In this document: positions 59,933 through 64,000 of the stretch, in pieces
How positions within the stretch are numbered: the stretch's first letter is position 1
Layout: the number at the start of each line of letters is the position of its first letter
Made by a program: the position numbers and the translations under genes
Source of the DNA: Gemmatimonadota bacterium
GTDB lineage: Bacteria; Gemmatimonadota; Gemmatimonadetes; Gemmatimonadales; Gemmatimonadaceae
Direction of reading: 5' to 3'
NCBI GenBank assembly: GCA_040389905.1
Contig: JAZJZK010000010.1
Span: 38,510-102,509 of the forward strand
DNA: 64,000 nucleotides
The notes under the pieces: generated by a model
The model's database searches: none
What the model was told of the DNA's origin: nothing
What the model saw: the letters and a program-made list of their open reading frames with translations, nothing else

Positions 59933-62227
59933 ATGCCTCGGCTTCCGGCGTTTGTTTCGACGCCAGTGCTTGTGATCATCATCGCTGGCGTGCCCGCTTG
60001 CGACAGGGGAGGTACACCTGCGCGCGACACCGGCGCTCGCATGGCCGACACGTTGGCGAAGGATTTCGCCGCGGCGATCGCCGACCCGAGCCGCAATCCC
60101 TTTCTCAATCGTGAGCGGATCGCGGCCTTGCAACTGCTTCCGTCGGCGCTCGATGGGCAGGAGGCCCTACAGCGCCGCTTCCTGCTCGCGCAGGAGCAGG
60201 TGCTGGCAGGCCAATCGGAAGACGCCATCGCTGGCCTCGAGAGTCTGATTCGGTCTGCTGGGCCGTCTCTCGATCTGCGCGCCCCACAAAACAAACCCTT
60301 CTATGATCTGTTAGGCATCGCATACCTTCGAGACGGTGAGCAGAAGAACTGCCTCAACAACCCCGCCGCGAGCCGCTGCATTCTGCCGCTCAAAGGCGAG
60401 GCGCAGCATATCCAGCAAGATGGAGCGCGCAAGGCGATTGCCCTGTACTCCTCGTTGCTGAAGGTGTTTCCAGACGACGGCGGAACTCGATGGTTGCTCA
60501 ACATCGCATTCATGGCCATAGGCGGTTATCCCGACAGCGTTCCCGCGCACTGGCGCATTCCGAACATCACGCGCGAGCGAGATCACGCATTTCCGCGCTT
60601 CCTGAATATTGCGGACCGCGTGGGGCTCGCCATCAACGGCCTGTCCGGTGGCCTGAGCGTCGAGGACTTCAACCGCGACGGGTTGCTCGATCTCTTCATG
60701 ACGTCATTTGGACTGAATGACGCGCCGCATCTTTTCATCGCTGATGGCAAGGGCGGCTTCGCTGACCGGTCTGCGAGTTCGGGTCTGACCGGCATTGTCG
60801 GAGGCCTCAACAACATCCACGCCGACTACGACAACGACGGTTTTGACGACATCTTCGTCATGCGCGGCGCCTGGCTGGGTGACGCGGCCCTTCAGCCGAA
60901 TTCGCTCCTGCACAATCGCGGCGACGGCACATTCGACGACGTGACCTACAAAGCGGGGCTCGCTTCTCGCCACCCGACGCACAGTGCCGCGTGGGCAGAC
61001 TTCAATCTCGATGGCCTGCTCGATCTCTTCGTCGGCCACGAGTCCGGTGCGGCGAACGGTGGGTCCCCGCACATGTCGGAGCTGTTCGTCAACAATGGCG
61101 ACGGAACGTTCCGTGAGGTCGCGCATCGCGTCGGCATCGACGTGGATGCCTTCGTCAAAGGGGTCGCCTGGGGCGACGTCAACAACGATGGGCTGCCCGA
61201 CCTCTTTATTTCCGTACTTGGTGACGCGAACCGATTGCTCATGAACCGCGGTGGCACGTCCGTCGCCACGTGGCGCTTCGAGGACGCGCCCTTCGCGGGC
61301 GGTGCTTCCTTGCCGATCATGTCGTTTCCCACCTGGTTTTGGGATGTCGACCAGGACGGATGGGAGGACCTGCTCGTCCTCAGCTACGACATTCGGAACA
61401 GTGGCTCCCTGCACGAGGCGGTCGCAATGGAGTTCCTTGGCGGCCAGCACAAACAGGCTGCGCACGGCGCGCCGCTGCCACCCGTCGAATCGTCGCGCCT
61501 GTACCTGAACAACCGAGACGGGACATACGCGGATGTCACCAATCGATTCGGCCTCACCGACAAGGTCATCTTTGCCATGGGGGCGAATTTCGGTGACCTC
61601 GACAACGACGGCTGGCTCGACTTCTATGTCGGGACCGGTAACCCGGACCTGCGGTCCGTCATCCCAAACCGGATGTTCCGGAGCGTCGCCGGTCGCCGGT
61701 TCGAGGAGGTCACGAACGAAGGAGGATTCGGGCATCTTCAGAAAGGACACGCGACCGCCTTTGTGGATCTCGATCGCGACGGCGACGAGGACATCTACAT
61801 GGTCATGGGTGGCGCCTACCAGGGTGACGTGTTCTCCAGTGTGTTGTTCGAGAATCCCGGCTGGCCGAAGCGGAACTGGATTGCGCTCGAGATGGAGGGT
61901 CGCGCCGCTAACCGGTCGGCAATCGGCGCCCGCGTCGAGCTCGATGTGATCGAAGGCAACGGATCACGTCGCACGCTGCGGCGGACGGTCGGTACGGGCG
62001 GCTCATTCGGATCAGGAAGTCTCGCGGTGCACGTAGGCCTCGACGACGCGACGTCCGTGCGTCAACTGCGGATCACCTGGCCTGATGCGGCGCGATCGGT
62101 ATCCCGCTTCGAAAACCTGGAGGTCCGAAAGACGTACCGGATCGTGCAGGGAAAGTCGCCCGAAGTCCTCGATCGGCCAGCCGTCCCGTTTCTCGCGAGC
62201 ACAACGCCGAAGCCGATGCGTCATTGA
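59933..62227 (+). CDS. CRTAC1/FG-GAP repeat lipoprotein with ASPIC/UnbV C-terminus
   Basis: Repeated DxNxDGxxD motifs, QKGH, NRSAIGARV, VHVGL. Confidence 0.88.
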   Translation: MPRLPAFVSTPVLVIIIAGVPACDRGGTPARDTGARMADTLAKDFAAAIADPSRNPFLNRERIAALQLLPSALDGQEALQRRFLLAQEQVLAGQSEDAIAGLESLIRSAGPSLDLRAPQNKPFYDLLGIAYLRDGEQKNCLNNPAASRCILPLKGEAQHIQQDGARKAIALYSSLLKVFPDDGGTRWLLNIAFMAIGGYPDSVPAHWRIPNITRERDHAFPRFLNIADRVGLAINGLSGGLSVEDFNRDGLLDLFMTSFGLNDAPHLFIADGKGGFADRSASSGLTGIVGGLNNIHADYDNDGFDDIFVMRGAWLGDAALQPNSLLHNRGDGTFDDVTYKAGLASRHPTHSAAWADFNLDGLLDLFVGHESGAANGGSPHMSELFVNNGDGTFREVAHRVGIDVDAFVKGVAWGDVNNDGLPDLFISVLGDANRLLMNRGGTSVATWRFEDAPFAGGASLPIMSFPTWFWDVDQDGWEDLLVLSYDIRNSGSLHEAVAMEFLGGQHKQAAHGAPLPPVESSRLYLNNRDGTYADVTNRFGLTDKVIFAMGANFGDLDNDGWLDFYVGTGNPDLRSVIPNRMFRSVAGRRFEEVTNEGGFGHLQKGHATAFVDLDRDGDEDIYMVMGGAYQGDVFSSVLFENPGWPKRNWIALEMEGRAANRSAIGARVELDVIEGNGSRRTLRRTVGTGGSFGSGSLAVHVGLDDATSVRQLRITWPDAARSVSRFENLEVRKTYRIVQGKSPEVLDRPAVPFLASTTPKPMRH

Positions 62228-62264
62228 CGAGCGACCCGCGCACAGAGGCCGAAGACGACCTTAC

Positions 62265-62726
62265 TCATACTTCATGGGCATATACGAGAAAGCCGGCATG
62301 TTTCGCCACTTTGTCGTATAGCATGCGTCCCGCCGCATTGGACTGGTGGGTGAGCCAGTACACGCGATGGATCCCCTCGCTGCGCGCACGGTCGTATACG
62401 CCCTGAATCAGCGCGCGCCCAACACCGCGACCGCGAAGCTCAGGCGCCGTAAAGAGGTCCTGAAGATAGCACGTCAACTCGATACGCGTCGTGCTTCTGT
62501 GAAACAGAAAGTGCGTGAGCCCGATGAGGGCGCCAGCTGACTCGGCAACCAGCGCGAATACCGGCTCGTGCGGATCGAAGAAGCGTTCCCACGTGGCCTC
62601 GGTGATGTCGGCGCGAAGCGCGGTGGGGCCTTCGCGCCCGTAGAAGGCGTTGTACCCATCCCAGAGCGGCAGCCACGCGGCGTAGTCACGGCGCTCGATT
62701 GGGCGCACCTGAAGGTCGGTCGTCAT
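62265..62726 (-). CDS. GNAT N-acetyltransferase
   Basis: YLQDLFT..RGRGVGRALI, YWLTH..N. Confidence 0.9.
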   Translation of the reverse strand: MTTDLQVRPIERRDYAAWLPLWDGYNAFYGREGPTALRADITEATWERFFDPHEPVFALVAESAGALIGLTHFLFHRSTTRIELTCYLQDLFTAPELRGRGVGRALIQGVYDRARSEGIHRVYWLTHQSNAAGRMLYDKVAKHAGFLVYAHEV

Positions 62727-63289
62727 TGGTGGGGGTCGAGTTGACGAAAGAATACGGTGGTGTCGCAGAGCCCTCCGTCGGGGAAAAGCGCGTACCCTGG
62801 AATGACGCCCACGCGCTCCCAGCCAAGCCGCGCGTAAAGGCGCTCGGCGTCGCCGCCAGTGACGGTATCGAGCACCAACAGCGTCTTGCCGGACTCGCGC
62901 GCCGCGCTTTCCGCGGAGCGCATCAATGCCTCGCCCAGCCCCTGTCGCCGGGCACGACGATGCACGAGCATCTTTGCCAGGTCAGCGCGGTGTGGCTGGT
63001 TCTCCGGCAGGTCGAACATGAGCTGGACCGTACCGCAGACGCCCTGATCGTCTTCGGCCACGACGAGTGCCCGCTTGCCCTCGGCGACGCCAAGCGCCAC
63101 ACCGCGCCAGAATGTCGTCGCGCGTTCGCGCGTCAGTGGCAGCATGAAGCTCACGGACGCTCCCCCGGTCACGCAGTCGAGCAGCACGTCGGTCAATTGC
63201 TCGACGAGGACGTCATCGACCACGGCGGCACGCCGAACCGACCACGCGGGCGTTGCGCGACTCTCGTTCGCCAGACGTTCAGCCTCCAT
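62723..63289 (-). CDS. GNAT N-acetyltransferase
   Basis: GASVSFM, ENQPHRAD, RRQGLG, LVLDT. Confidence 0.9.
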   Translation of the reverse strand: MEAERLANESRATPAWSVRRAAVVDDVLVEQLTDVLLDCVTGGASVSFMLPLTRERATTFWRGVALGVAEGKRALVVAEDDQGVCGTVQLMFDLPENQPHRADLAKMLVHRRARRQGLGEALMRSAESAARESGKTLLVLDTVTGGDAERLYARLGWERVGVIPGYALFPDGGLCDTTVFFRQLDPHQ

Positions 63290-63352
63290 TGACGCAATGT
63301 CCGTCGCCGTGGAATTCGCGTCAAGACGCCACAAGGCAACCCTTTTGCTCGT

Positions 63353-63378
63353 TACAGAGTCTATATGGAGACTCAGTA
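63353..63378. promoter_or_regulatory. palindromic candidate PadR operator
   Basis: TACaGAGTCT-atatgg-AGACTCaGTA just upstream of the padR SD. Confidence 0.55.
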
Positions 63379-63388
63379 GGGAGACCCC

Positions 63389-63727
63389 ATGGCGTCACTA
63401 CCGGTGGTAAAGGGCACGCTCGATGTATTGGTGCTCAAGGCGTTGAGCGTTGCCCCCATGCATGGGTTCGAGATCGTGACGTGGCTCGAGGAGCGCTCGC
63501 GCGCGGCGCTCGACGTCGAGGACTCGGCCATCTACCAGGCGCTCTACCGGATGGAAAAGCGGTCACTCGTGGTGGCCGAGTGGGGCGTGACCGAGAACAA
63601 CCGGCGTGCGCGCTACTATCGCATCTCTGCCGCTGGCCGTTCGCACCTCAAGGCGGAAACGAGCGATTGGCTACGCTACGCGCAGCTTGTCACGACGATC
63701 CTCACGACTCCGGCAGCGGCGACATGA
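63389..63727 (+). CDS. PadR-family transcriptional regulator
   Basis: GTLDVLVL, MHG, IYQALYRME, W..TENNRRARYY. Confidence 0.93.
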   Translation: MASLPVVKGTLDVLVLKALSVAPMHGFEIVTWLEERSRAALDVEDSAIYQALYRMEKRSLVVAEWGVTENNRRARYYRISAAGRSHLKAETSDWLRYAQLVTTILTTPAAAT

Positions 63728-63972
63728 CCCGCCGACGGGATGGATTGATCAGGCCCGGCATCAAGCGCGCATTTCGTCTCGCGCTTGGGCGGCGGACACG
63801 GTCCGACGACGTGGACGACGAGATCAAGCTGCATCTCGAGCTCCGCGCTGAACGGTTGATGCGCGACGGCGTCGCAGGCGACGTCGCCCGCGACGAAGCC
63901 CGACGCCGATTCGGCATCGATGCCGAGCGTCAGCTGCACTCCATCGCTCCTAAGAAACTACTGCCTCGATGA
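63724..63972 (+). pseudogene. N-terminal stub of an ADOP-type ABC permease
   Basis: DVDDEIKLHLE...EARRRFG prefix domain, stop after 82 aa. Confidence 0.55.
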
Positions 63973-64000
63973 CCTCGCCGGACGCGAGATCGACGAGACC

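Noticed and set aside
58929..63289. Defence or secondary-metabolite island
   Set aside because: DUF4239, CRTAC1 and GNAT genes are common scattered families; no mobility genes, boundaries or biosynthetic core seen

Overview
High-GC bacterial chromosomal segment, densely coding and mostly housekeeping. Gene order and content suggest Gemmatimonadota; this is inference, not a database result. In order: (accD end)-folC-hisS-proS-lysA-metallophosphoesterase-guaA-DUF3667; an orphan PTS IIA gene; dusB-larB-GAF/GGDEF; tmRNA (tag ANNNFALAA); a two-gene accessory patch (stand-alone N-terminal half of SecY and a PEP-CTERM trypsin-like protease); a long minus-strand run (truA, degenerate transaldolase, HtrA, purB/C, psd, pssA, purS/Q/L/F, ppdK, GT4-deacetylase-flippase trio); a trp cluster split by lexA and interleaved with GAF, HEAT, HD-GYP and MCP signalling genes; folB/folK; rlmN; aspS-phoH-ybeY-two CNNM genes-meaB-acyl-CoA mutase-methyltransferase; and an accessory end (DUF4239, CRTAC1/FG-GAP, two GNATs, PadR, permease stub). 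No integrase, transposase, CRISPR array, rRNA or tRNA was seen. Best leads: the half-SecY with its own predicted leaderless promoter, a direct-repeat LexA box, palindromic intergenic elements built from 9-nt units, a structured aspS leader, a probably inactive transaldolase, an isobutyryl-CoA-mutase signature and possible CTG-start translational coupling. All homology calls come from recalled motifs, not from searches.
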